A stretch of DNA of 63,601 nt, counting the filler, from Octopus bimaculoides (taxonomy: Eukaryota), in NCBI RefSeq assembly GCF_001194135.2. It is 3 parts of 3 records of this genome, joined end to end, with 100 filler letters (N's around TTAATTAATTAA, not from the genome) between each part and the next. Parts side by side here need not be neighbours in the genome. Positions count along the whole stretch, not along the records: positions 29,104 to 46,268 come from NC_068982.1; positions 46,369 to 63,601 come from NC_068983.1; 1 more part is not named here. The stretch is one strand, 5' to 3'. Positions 38,061 to 49,861 of the stretch are shown piece after piece (position 1 is the stretch's first letter; the number at the start of each line of letters is the position of its first letter). The notes under the pieces are model-generated. The model was given only the letters and a program-made list of their open reading frames with translations. It was not told the DNA's origin and did no database searches. The position numbers and the translations under genes were made by a program.

Positions 38061-38846
38061 NNNNNNNNNNNNNNNNNNNNNNNNNNNNNNNNNNNNNNNN
38101 NNNNNNNNNNNNNNNNNNNNNNNNNNNNNNNNNNNNNNNNNNNNNNNNNNNNNNNNNNNNNNNNNNNNNNNNNNNNNNNNNNNNNNNNNNNNNNNNNNNN
38201 NNNNNNNNNNNNNNNNNNNNNNNNNNNNNNNNNNNNNNNNNNNNNNNNNNNNNNNNNNNNNNNNNNNNNNNNNNNNNNNNNNNNNNNNNNNNNNNNNNNN
38301 NNNNNNNNNNNNNNNNNNNNNNNNNNNNNNNNNNNNNNNNNNNNNNNNNNNNNNNNNNNNNNNNNNNNNNNNNNNNNNNNNNNNNNNNNNNNNNNNNNNN
38401 NNNNNNNNNNNNNNNNNNNNNNNNNNNNNNNNNNNNNNNNNNNNNNNNNNNNNNNNNNNNNNNNNNNNNNNNNNNNNNNNNNNNNNNNNNNNNNNNNNNN
38501 NNNNNNNNNNNNNNNNNNNNNNNNNNNNNNNNNNNNNNNNNNNNNNNNNNNNNNNNNNNNNNNNNNNNNNNNNNNNNNNNNNNNNNNNNNNNNNNNNNNN
38601 NNNNNNNNNNNNNNNNNNNNNNNNNNNNNNNNNNNNNNNNNNNNNNNNNNNNNNNNNNNNNNNNNNNNNNNNNNNNNNNNNNNNNNNNNNNNNNNNNNNN
38701 NNNNNNNNNNNNNNNNNNNNNNNNNNNNNNNNNNNNNNNNNNNNNNNNNNNNNNNNNNNNNNNNNNNNNNNNNNNNNNNNNNNNNNNNNNNNNNNNNNNN
38801 NNNNNNNNNNNNNNNNNNNNNNNNNNNNNNNNNNNNNNNNNNNNNN

Positions 38847-38890
<44 letters not shown>

Positions 38891-39919
38891 ATGTGTGAGT
38901 GTGTTTATGTGTGTGTGTGTATTGTGTTGAATGTCCTTTCAGTATGTTTGGAATGTGACCAGATGTGTGTTCATGGGTGTGTATGTTGTGATGAATGTCT
39001 TGTTGAAGAAAGAATTAGGATTTTCCTTAGAGGTAGATGTATTTTTTTGAGTGTGTATGTGTGTAGTCACCAGCTGTGTGTATGTGTGTGAGTGTTTTTT
39101 TGTAATGTTTTCTTTTGTGTGTGTGTGCGTATGTGTGTGTGTGTGTGGGTGTGCAGAGGTGTGTGTGTATATTTGTTTGTGTTTGTGTGGTGTATGTGTG
39201 TATGTATTTGTGTGTGTGTGTGTTTGTGTGTGCATATATCTTTGCAATGTTTTCTTTTGCGTGTATCTGCGTTTGTGTGTGAGTGTGTGTGCAGAGGTGT
39301 GAGTGTGTTTGAGTGTCTACGCAGAGGTGCATGTGAGTGTGTTTTTTGCGATGTCTTCTTTTGTATGTGTGTATATGTACATGTGTTTGTGTGTGTGTAT
39401 GTGAGTGTATGTGTGTGTGAGTGTGTGTATGTTTGTGTATGTGTGTATGTTTGTGTGTGTGTGTGTGTGCAGGCATACATATATATATNNNNNNNNNNNN
39501 NNNNNNNNNNNNNNNNNNNNNNNNNNNNNNNNNNNNNNNNNNNNNNNNNNNNNNNNNNNNNNNNNNNNNNNNNNNNNNNNNNNNNNNNNNNNNNNNNNNN
39601 NNNNNNNNNNNNNNNNNNNNNNNNNNNNNNNNNNNNNNNNNNNNNNNNNNNNNNNNNNNNNNNNNNNNNNNNNNNNNNNNNNNNNNNNNNNNNNNNNNNN
39701 NNNNNNNNNNNNNNNNNNNNNNNNNNNNNNNNNNNNNNNNNNNNNNNNNNNNNNNNNNNNNNNNNNNNNNNNNNNNNNNNNNNNNNNNNNNNNNNNNNNN
39801 NNNNNNNNNNNNNNNNNNNNNNNNNNNNNNNNNNNNNNTAAGAATTGATGGGAAGTATTTTACATTATGTATAAAATTGTTTCTAAATGTCTGTTCTTAT
39901 TTCTTGGTTGGTAGTGGTT

Positions 39920-40284
39920 GAGTCTATATTTAATTGTGGTTTATACTTGTTAATAGATTTCCTTTCTTTATTTAGTTTTTGTTGTTGGTTGAAAGAATCT
40001 GAGCACTTGTAGAGGGGAAATATTTTGAAATTTGGTAAATCCATTCTTGCACAGGTTGCAATGTGGCTGCTTAAAGGAATTTTCCTTGTGCTTTTATCTC
40101 GGATCTGTTGGTGATGGGTCGTCATTCTGTTGCGTAACAATCCACCCGTCTGACCTATGTAATTATGTTGGCAACCATTGCATGTGATTATGTAGATCAG
40201 GTTTTCTGTGTTGCGGGTGAGATTGGACTTGACTTTGAAGGTTTAGCCATCTTTGAATTAAAATTTTGGTCCCTCAGGTAACAG
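39920..40284 (-). mobile_element. Penelope-like GIY-YIG endonuclease fragment
   Basis: FKVKSNLTRNTENLIYIITCNGCQHNYIGQTGGLLRNRMTTHHQQIR...LSSHIATC...KERKSINKYKPQLN. Confidence 0.9.
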
Positions 40285-40419
40285 ATATTCATCACAACAT
40301 ACACACCCATCAACACACATCTGGTCACATTTGAAACATATTGAAAGGACATTCAATACAATACACACTCACACACAGGTGGACATAACACCCATTTAAT
40401 TTAAGTCACTCCCTTGGAA

Positions 40420-40930
40420 GGAACCCACAAAGATTTCTTTTAGGCAATGACTGTAACCCTAGCCTATGCCAGTGTAGCATAACAGGCCCATTTAAGGGCA
40501 CCCTTCAATCATTGGGCAATAAACTGTGCTTGAGAAGACCTGTTGAGTCAAGTGAAATCATGGTTGTGGCCAATGCCAGTACTGCCTAAGTGGCTCTTGT
40601 GCTAATGGCACGTAAAAAGCACCAATCAAGCATGGTCATTGGCAGTGCCGCCTGACTGGCTCCTGTGCCAGTGACACATAAAAAGTACCATTCAAGTGTA
40701 GTCGATATCAGTATCACCTCACTGGCCCTCTTGCCAGTGGCTTGTAAAAAGCACCCAGTACACTCTCGGAGTGGTTGGCGTTAGGAAGGGCATCCAGCTG
40801 TAGAAACTTTGCCACATCAGATTGGAGCATGATACAGCTTTCTGGCTTGCCAGTCTTCAGTCAAACTGCCCAACCCATGCCAGCATGGAAAGCAGACGTT
40901 AAATGATGATGATGATGATGATGATGATGA
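40420..40930 (+). mobile_element. SINE-like repeat with three ~60-bp internal subrepeats and a (GAT)n tail
   Basis: Repeated ctggctc-tgtgcc..tggcacgtaaaaagcacc unit, then ggttggcgttaggaagggcatccagc and atgatgatg. Confidence 0.8.
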
Positions 40931-42891
40931 ATAGACAACTACACCCCCTCTCTTACTCTCTAACACTTTGAACTCTATACGAAACTATATTTAAAGAAAA
41001 CTTAACGAAAAATCTCCAGACATGTTTGTGACCCCCAGATGAAGATAAACTGTTTTTACTTTAATTTTTTATAAATTTTTACAGGTATTTAATAAGATAG
41101 GATTCATCATCGAAACCAGTAATATTTTCTTTATATAATTTTTAAAATCANNNNNNNNNNNNNNNNNNNNNNNNNNNNNNNNNNNNNNNNNNNNNNNNNN
41201 NNNNNNNNNNNNNNNNNNNNNNNNNNNNNNNNNNNNNNNNNNNNNNNNNNNNNNNNNNNNNNNNNNNNNNNNNNNNNNNNNNNNNNNNNNNNNNNNNNNN
41301 NNNNNNNNNNNNNNNNNNNNNNNNNNNNNNNNNNNNNNNNNNNNNNNNNNNNNNNNNNNNNNNNNNNNNNNNNNNNNNNNNNNNNNNNNNNNNNNNNNNN
41401 NNNNNNNNNNNNNNNNNNNNNNNNNNNNNNNNNNNNNNNNNNNNNNNNNNNNNNNNNNNNNNNNNNNNNNNNNNNNNNNNNNNNNNNNNNNNNNNNNNNN
41501 NNNNNNNNNNNNNNNNNNNNNNNNNNNNNNNNNNNNNNNNNNNNNNNNNNNNNNNNNNNNNNNNNNNNNNNNNNNNNNNNNNNNNNNNNNNNNNNNNNNN
41601 NNNNNNNNNNNNNNNNNNNNNNNNNNNNNNNNNNNNNNNNNNNNNNNNNNNNNNNNNNNNNNNNNNNNNNNNNNNNNNNNNNNNNNNNNNNNNNNNNNNN
41701 NNNNNNNNNNNNNNNNNNNNNNNNNNNNNNNNNNNNNNNNNNNNNNNNNNNNNNNNNNNNNNNNNNNNNNNNNNNNNNNNNNNNNNNNNNNNNNNNNNNN
41801 NNNNNNNNNNNNNNNNNNNNNNNNNNNNNNNNNNNNNNNNNNNNNNNNNNNNNNNNNNNNNNNNNNNNNNNNNNNNNNNNNNNNNNNNNNNNNNNNNNNN
41901 NNNNNNNNNNNNNNNNNNNNNNNNNNNNNNNNNNNNNNNNNNNNNNNNNNNNNNNNNNNNNNNNNNNNNNNNNNNNNNNNNNNNNNNNNNNNNTCTTATA
42001 TATACATATATATATATGTATGTATGTATGTATGTATTATGTATGTGTGTATATAAGCTGGTACTCCAGCATGGCCACAGTCAAATGACTGAAACAAGTA
42101 AAAAAGTAAAAGAATAACAGACAGTCAGATAGATAGATATTACATAGTTTGCTGACTCAATTAACTTATATGATCAAGTATTTCATCAAGCCATTCTCTT
42201 AAATGCTTCAACTCTTGGTAAAAATATGTACTAATGCTCTTCATTTTCCCCATCTATTATTTAAGAAGTTATATAATACAACGGTATAACAACATAAATC
42301 ACTATATATGTATGAAATCACTTGATAATAGAGGAAACTTGCACCATGTCATGCTACAGCGCACTTTTTTTCCCACTTATCCCTTGAGCCTTTCTGTGGA
42401 AATTAGTTAACCTTCACCTGTTTGATTGAGCAGTCATGCATGTAATTTGCAAATGGTCTGACTTGTATAATAGAAAGCAAAAAGATAACTAACACACTTG
42501 CTGCTTTCTATTACAATAAGTTTGGTGGCGGGGGGGAAAAATATGAGCTGATGGAAATATAGCAAAATTTGCTAACCATCTATTTAGGTAAAAGTTTTTG
42601 ATGCAAATAATGGCAAAATCTGCTTGAGGTAAATAAAAAATAACTAAAATAAATAAAGAATACTAATATTATTTTAAATATGGTTCTAACTGAGAAGTTT
42701 TAAAAATAATTTGACGTTGAAGTTAATAATTAGCTGTTTTTTTAATGACTTTTTTTAACCTTTTAAACTTTCTCTCTGAGTTGAAACCTCCCCAAAGAAC
42801 ATTCCACTGGAAAATTAATGAGCCAATAAGAAAGCTTCTTTGTGGTCGTTTGACCTTCTTGAAATAACAGTTGAATTTGTCCAGAACATAG

Positions 42892-42973
42892 GTGCAGACA
42901 TAGCTGTGTTGTTAAAAAGCTTGCTTCCCAGTCATATGTTGTTGGCTTTCATGCCAGTGTACAGCACCATAGG
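42892..42973 (+). mobile_element. Host SINE head, interrupted by a younger SINE; continues at 45548-45650
   Basis: gctgtgttgttaaaaagcttgcttccc head; body gaccaaag...aaagctgaaagaagcc resumes after the second TSD copy. Confidence 0.7.
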
Positions 42974-43304
42974 TGGAGGTGCAATGGCCCAGTGGTTAGG
43001 GCAATGGACTCGCGGTCATAGGATCGCGGTTTCGATTCCCAGACTGGGCGTTGTGAGTGTTTATTGAGCGAAAGCGCCATAAAGCTCCACGAGGCTCCGA
43101 CAGGGGATGGTGGCGAACCCTGCTGTACTCTTCCACCACAACTTTCTCTCACTCTTACTTCCTGTTTCTGTTGTGCCTGTAATTCAAAGGGGTCAGCCTT
43201 GTCACACTGTGTCACGCTGAATATCCCCAAGAACTACGTTAAGGGTACGCGTGTCTGTGGAATGCTCAGCCACTTGCACGTTAATTTAACGAGCAGGCTG
43301 TTCC
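42974..43304 (+). mobile_element. Young SINE (13451 family); 3' tail lies at 45497-45547
   Basis: Ends gcaggctgttcc at a gap and resumes tgatcggatcaactgg after another gap; 13-bp TSD acagcaccatagg (42961-73) / acagcatcatagg (45548-60). Confidence 0.9.
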
Positions 43305-43739
43305 NNNNNNNNNNNNNNNNNNNNNNNNNNNNNNNNNNNNNNNNNNNNNNNNNNNNNNNNNNNNNNNNNNNNNNNNNNNNNNNNNNNNNNNNNNNNNNNN
43401 NNNNNNNNNNNNNNNNNNNNNNNNNNNNNNNNNNNNNNNNNNNNNNNNNNNNNNNNNNNNNNNNNNNNNNNNNNNNNNNNNNNNNNNNNNNNNNNNNNNN
43501 NNNNNNNNNNNNNNNNNNNNNNNNNNNNNNNNNNNNNNNNNNNNNNNNNNNNNNNNNNNNNNNNNNNNNNNNNNNNNNNNNNNNNNNNNNNNNNNNNNNN
43601 NNNNNNNNNNNNNNNNNNNNNNNNNNNNNNNNNNNNNNNNNNNNNNNNNNNNNNNNNNNNNNNNNNNNNNNNNNNNNNNNNNNNNNNNNNNNNNNNNNNN
43701 NNNNNNNNNNNNNNNNNNNNNNNNNNNNNNNNNNNNNNN

Positions 43740-45085
43740 TAGCTAGGTTTTTTAGCAGAATGGGCTTTGGTATAGTATTTGAAGATGAAACATGTATAGC
43801 TAACTTCTTGGACGTCACTTTAGATCTACACACTAAAACATTCTTCCCATATCACAAACCCTCCACTAACCTAAAATATATCAGCAAATCCAGCAATCAT
43901 CCAAATTCAGTAACGAGAAATTTGGTCAAAAATATTTCACTTAGAATATCCAATCTTTCTACGAATGAATGCATCTTCAATAAGGAGGTTGAATTTTACA
44001 ATTTAGCTTTATTAAAAGCCGGTTACAGAGTAAAGGTTAATTATATAGATTCTAATTATGAAACCGATATGAGTAGTAATAATAATAATATTCTTAATAG
44101 CAATAGTAATAATGATACAGTTTTTAATTTAAATAATAACAATAAATACGAAGATAACCTCAATCATAAATTACCTAACGATAGAAACAAGCTCAACATT
44201 CTTCCACGAAATAAGGGAAATAACAGTCAAATAAATCCTTGTTTCAACGATAATAATAAACTAAGACTATTTATAAACAATACCAGAAAACATTCTAAAC
44301 CAGGACTTAATAAATATGTCTGGGTAATTCTTCCTTTTAGTAAAAGCGTAAAATCAAACTTGGTATCCCAGTTCCAAAACGCTATAAATAAGAACTTCCC
44401 TAAACATTCTCACTACTCCCAAGTCATAAACACACACAAGATTAGATTCAGTTTCTTTAACATGAAGAACATCTCACAGATAATATCTGCACACAATATG
44501 AGGCTTTTGCATCCACTAGAGAGTTCAAACAGTAATAACATTGAACCAAACATTATTAACCCTTACCAAAATAACAATAATAACACTAATAATAATAATA
44601 TGGGGAACAATAATAATAACACGACACATAATAGTAATAGTCACAACAACAAAATCATTATTTCAGAAGTCAATAGCAAAAGAATTAGTTTTTTAAGTGA
44701 AAATGCGAAACTCAGAAACACTATCTACCAATGCCAAGTTAGTACTCCCAAAAATACTCACTTTTATGTAGGTTCTTCCCCTACTCCATTATCCACTAGA
44801 ATTTCTAACCATTTCTCATCCTTTAGAGATAGAAACAAACGTAATTCCACGAGCCTTAGCAAACTAATTTGGGATCTTAAAGATAATAACATTAAATTTA
44901 AACTAGACTGGCTTATTCTTTCTATTTCTAAGCCATATGTAAAAGGGTGGAAAATTCTGCAATATTTGTGTTACAGAACTCCTCTTCATTTTATTTTCAA
45001 AGAATAATCTGGTAAATACTTTCATAGAACATTCTTACAGATGTAAACACTGGCAAAAACATACATTTTCTGCATTCAAATAACA
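43740..45085 (+). mobile_element. Penelope-like element: RT thumb, Asn-rich linker, C-terminal GIY-YIG
   Basis: NFLDVTLDL..PYHKP..YISKSSNHP; NTIYQCQV..FYVGSS..LSTRISNH..FRD..RNSTSLSKLIWDLK; after a 1-nt shift near 44945, FCNIC...YRCKHW*. Confidence 0.93.
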
Positions 45086-45655
45086 ATAAAAAATTTTTTA
45101 AACGCTATCATATTTACCCGTAATAAGTAATTTCTTCAAATAGTTCTAATAAAACATACTATTATTCCCTCAAACGTTAGAAGATTAAAATTATTTACGA
45201 TTCAAATTATTTATCTAAACTTTCGTAATTTATTAACCTAAATTAGAGCATATTTTAAATATTGATAAACTCTTGTAAAAACCAAAACATACAAAATTTA
45301 TGTACGTTTGAATATACCGGTATGGGTTTTTTTTATATATACACGTGTATCTGTGAGAGAAAACGTGTATGTGTGTGTCTGTGTATACATATTCAGGGTT
45401 TTGTATAAACTAGAGGTGTTTCTATAGACTTCTATGTGTACATATACGCATTATGATTTATATTTTTATTTTTACTTTTACCCTTANNNNNNNNNNTGAT
45501 CGGATCAACTGGAACCCTCGACGCCGTAAGCGACGGAGTGCCAACTCACAGCATCATAGGCTGACCAAAGATTTGGAGTGGATTCAGTAGACAAAAGCTG
45601 AAAGAAGCCAAATGTAAATATATATACATATATATATGTGTGTGTGTGTGTGTGT

Positions 45656-46268
45656 AGCAAAAATATACTTGATAAATACATTCCTACTTTAGTTAACAAA
45701 TTAAAACTTAATTTATGGTCTAATTCTTTGCAGGTAGTTGACTGGTTTCGCAATATTAACAACAAAAACAATGCCAAATTTGTCCAATTTGACATTTCTA
45801 ATTTTTATCCCTCAATTAACTCCATTATTTTAAACAAAGCACTTTGGTTTGCTCACAAGAAGGCGGGTATGCCTAGAGATGAATTTAAAGTTATTAAAGC
45901 AGCTAGAAATTCTATAATTAAGTTCAATAAAAAACTATGGATACGTAAGGACACCCCAGAAGGATTTGACATTCCTATGGGAAGTTCCGATTCAGCTCAA
46001 ATAGCAGACTTAGTATGCACATACATTCTATACGAATTAGAAGACCAATTCCCAAATGTTAAGGGTGGTCTATACAGAGACGATTGTCTATTATACAAAT
46101 CAAAAAATACAAAAAATTAAAAATAAATTAGCTAGGTTTTTTAGCAGAATGGGCTTTGGTATAGTATTTGAAGATGAAACATGTATAGCTAACTTCTTGG
46201 ACGTCACTTTAGATCTACACACTAAAACATTCTTCCCATATCACAAACCCTCCACTAACCTAAAATAT
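45656..46268 (+). mobile_element. Penelope-like RT core, 5'-truncated at a (TG)n tract
   Basis: QFDISNFYPSI, FDIPMGSSDSAQIADLV, GLYRDD; 46129-46268 is identical to 43740-43879. Confidence 0.93.
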
Positions 46269-46456
46269 NNNNNNNNNNNNNNNNNNNNNNNNNNNNNNNN
46301 NNNNNNNNNNNNTTAATTAATTAANNNNNNNNNNNNNNNNNNNNNNNNNNNNNNNNNNNNNNNNNNNNTATATATATATATATATACATACACAATCTTG
46401 TAAGTGCATTTATAAAACATACATAGACACATATCCGTGCACATTCTATTCCTCAC

Positions 46457-46559
46457 TTATGACTGCTGAAGTCAATACAGTTAGCAAAAGTACCTGCTGC
46501 TTTAGTTACTGTCATCGAAGGGCTTATAAATTCCTGATCTACAATTCTAACTCTTGTAA
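46457..46559 (-). CDS. Orphan exon candidate, 103 nt, phase 1-2 (TRVRIVDQEFISPSMTVTKAAGTFANCIDFSSH)
   Basis: Acceptor cattttactttcag, donor gtgagg; single open frame; no family recognised. Confidence 0.5.
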
Positions 46560-47370
46560 CTGAAAGTAAAATGACTGTCTCCGACGTTATAGATATTTCA
46601 AAGGCATTAGATATAGACAACACTGTTTGTTGAATACACGCATACATATCAGCACAAATCATATTGATGGAACATTCCCATCAAAACTTCTATCAAATGC
46701 AACAATAACAGTAGAACTGAAAAAAAAATCATGTATAGTCATAGAGGTCAGTTACCCGGTAGATGTGAACATCATTTAAAAAACTATCTAGAAGTATAAT
46801 TGCCTCGAATCTCGCAGCTTCTCTACCCTCATTGTTAATTCACATTTATACCGATAATTATTGGTGTATTTGATTATGTTACTAAATGTCTAAGTGATAA
46901 TCTTGAAAAGTTAGGATTTTTAGGTATAGAGAGAGACTAGCTAACATTCACTTTGCAAATATAATATACAGAATAAGTCGAAAAGTGAAAATATGCAAGA
47001 CTTTTGTAAAGTTCAACATTTAACATTTATCATCGTTGTTATATAAATTCCAGCGGCAAAGCTCTTTTCTTTTGTAAGAATCCAACTCCTTTCTCGTCGG
47101 GAAAAATTCAAATAATTAAATAAAAAGACCTATATCGTACATATATACTCACACAGAAACGCGTGCGCACGCGTACACACGCACACACGCGTGCGCACGC
47201 GCATACACACACATACATGCAAACACGCAAACACATACACATACACATACACACATAGGCAGGTGAAAACTTTGCAAATAATTATTTTGGGCTTCTAGTT
47301 TCTGATCTTCGGGCGATTATGAACAATAGAACAAGAGAAATAAAACACGTAGATAATATATGCATATTAG

Positions 47371-47585
47371 GAAGGCGGCGAGATAGCAGAATCGTTAACA
47401 CACCGGACAAAATACTTACTAGTATTTCGTTTGTCTTTAGGTTCTGAGTTCAAATACTGCCGGAGTCGACTTTGCTTTTCATCCTTTTGGCGTCGATAAA
47501 ATAAGTACCAGTTGAGCACTGGGGTCAACGTAATTAACTTACGCCTTTCTTAAAAATTGCTGGCTTTGTGCTAAAATTTGAAGCC
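47371..47585 (+). mobile_element. Full Deu/Nin-like SINE
   Basis: ggcggcgagatagcagaatcgtta...gttcaaat...ttttcatccttttggcgtcgataaaataagtaccag. Confidence 0.9.
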
Positions 47586-47943
47586 AATATATGCTCGTTA
47601 TAATAAATTTTAATTGGATGTAGCACTGTAGATTTCAGTCATTAAAAAAGTTACTGCTTTTTGAAAATTTGTTGGGGAAGGAGAGATTGAAGAGGATGTA
47701 TAGGTGGAGAATAAGATATCATTACATGCGCATACGAGTACATACATACGTACATACATACGTACATACATACGTACATACATACGTACATACTTCAAAG
47801 AAGACCTGGATATGAAATGCTCTCAGCTTACCAAAAAAAAAAAAAAAAGAACAAAAAACATGTAAGGGTATGTTTCCTGAAGATTTGAGGAAGACAGTAG
47901 TATCAATACGAAGCACAGCCTCTCTTGAACTCGTTACTGCTAC

Positions 47944-48215
47944 ATCACATCACATTTCGAAGTCGATGCATTTGCAATACAAGAACGGTAGATTGCTACA
48001 AAATAGCTAATCAACAAAAGAGATTGTGAAGCCCTTGGAACTCCAATATGCAACCGTAAATGCAGACTATGTTACATTTTTGTGGAAGACATCACACATG
48101 TGATCAATAGCTGCCCAAAAATGTCATCACAGTACTACCTCCCTATGCGATATGACGTTGTCGCAAAAACAATATACAATACCACTCGGGAAAAAGACTG
48201 TCCTGGAATAAACCA
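47944..48215 (+). mobile_element. RLE-type (R4/Dong/NeSL-like) non-LTR fragment with CCHC knuckle
   Basis: AFAIQER*IATK*LINKRD...KCRLCYIFVEDITHVINSCPKMSSQYYLPMRYDVVAKTIY. Confidence 0.8.
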
Positions 48216-48498
48216 ACTTCTTCCTCAGTGTAGAGATGAAAATTGAAAAACCTTTATATATTTCGGCTGGAAAGGCCCACCTTGAGAAGAAATCAGAGAA
48301 ATGTGTATCTTCATAGATCCTGCCACTTGTCTAGCTGGATGGGCAACTGACCCCGTTTTAATCTTGTGTTTGTGCTAAGGTTAGAAGCCATAACTCCCCA
48401 AATGATGGTGTTGTTGGTGCCGTAGATGTTAAACTAGGGTCAATGGTGGAGACTAGCTGTAGGTTGGCAGCAATGGCGGTGAAGGTGGTTGTTGTGTG

Positions 48499-48590
<92 letters not shown>

Positions 48591-49540
48591 GAAATAAATG
48601 CGTATTAAAAAGCTTCCAAAGAATTTTCAAATAGCAGATACTTATATTCATGATTCATACATTTTAAAATATAATTTTCCATCTTCGTCTGCATACAGTT
48701 ATAATTAAATGCTTTTATTCATGTAACACAATTTTCTGTACACCTTTATTTTCATGATATATTTATACAGTATATACATAGAAATCAAAAATATAACCTA
48801 CATTAGTGATTGCATTCGTCCAACCATATGGCAAAACTTTTCCACCAACAATTTTCCAGCTTTAGTCTACTTCCTCTGTCTTCAACTCTCGCTTCTCTAT
48901 TAATTACAGTTTATGACCTGCAGTCTCTCTATCATTACAGTATTTCTTTTTCAGATCATGTACTAAATATATTTTCCATCAATCAACCTATTCTAGGACT
49001 GTATTTGTCTTGAAGCCACTCATTGTGAATGTATCCAACCCTCCTATGAAATTGTAAATTGAACATAAATTGTATTAAGCTCAAGCAGTTATTTTTGTGT
49101 CACAGATCACATGTCATTATCCTTCTCTTCACAGCAACACACATACCCATAGAAGCACACACGCACTCGCAATGGCATATATACACTCTACCCTATATTC
49201 CATCCTATATCCATATTCTGAAAACGACGGAAACACTAAAATATTTTCACCCATAACACCCAAGATCCATTGCATAAGATGCAATTGTAGATATTTTCAG
49301 AAGCTTACATTTTACTTGAGGACGTGTAAGTTTCTTATATTTCAGTACCACAGTTTTTAGACATAGCCCACCTATAGCTGTTCATTGAAATACAAAAGAA
49401 AAAAGCTTTTGAATCTTCCTTCAGAGATTTTGCTCAGTTATATACAAAAATATGTCCATCTAACTTCCTTTTGTGCTATTTACTATAATGTAACAAGTTT
49501 GCATTAGGGTCAACAGTATTGCACTAAGCCCACCACTTAC

Positions 49541-49588
49541 ACGCCGTCACTGTACTGTAGCTATCAGTTGTATTTGCAAGAATCGTTT
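49541..49588 (-). CDS. Orphan exon candidate, 48 nt, phase 1-1 (TILANTTDSYSTVTA); alternative acceptor at 49681 gives 141 nt in the same frame
   Basis: Acceptor tattttccttttaaatatttag, strong donor gtaagtg; phase-compatible with the 46457 candidate. Confidence 0.42.
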
Positions 49589-49785
49589 CTAAATATTTAA
49601 AAGGAAAATATTGAGAAACAATATTGCTTCGAAATGGCAATCTTCTCTTCCTCTCCAATGTGACGACAGTTTGTTTTTTCACTGACATAAGCAACAATGA
49701 TACATACATAAAAATAGTTGCATACATACAGACACGCGCATATGCATCCATAAAATTAGGAACGAAAGGCATTTGTACGCCGACT

Positions 49786-49861
<76 letters not shown>

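Noticed and set aside
41030-41125. Hammerhead-like cagatgaag...atcgaaaccagta
   Set aside because: Core U4 is mutated to A and stem I cannot pair; at best a dead relic.
43064-45007. 647-aa ORF as a single protein
   Set aside because: It fuses SINE sequence, a gap and the PLE segment; only the part from 43740 is real PLE coding sequence.
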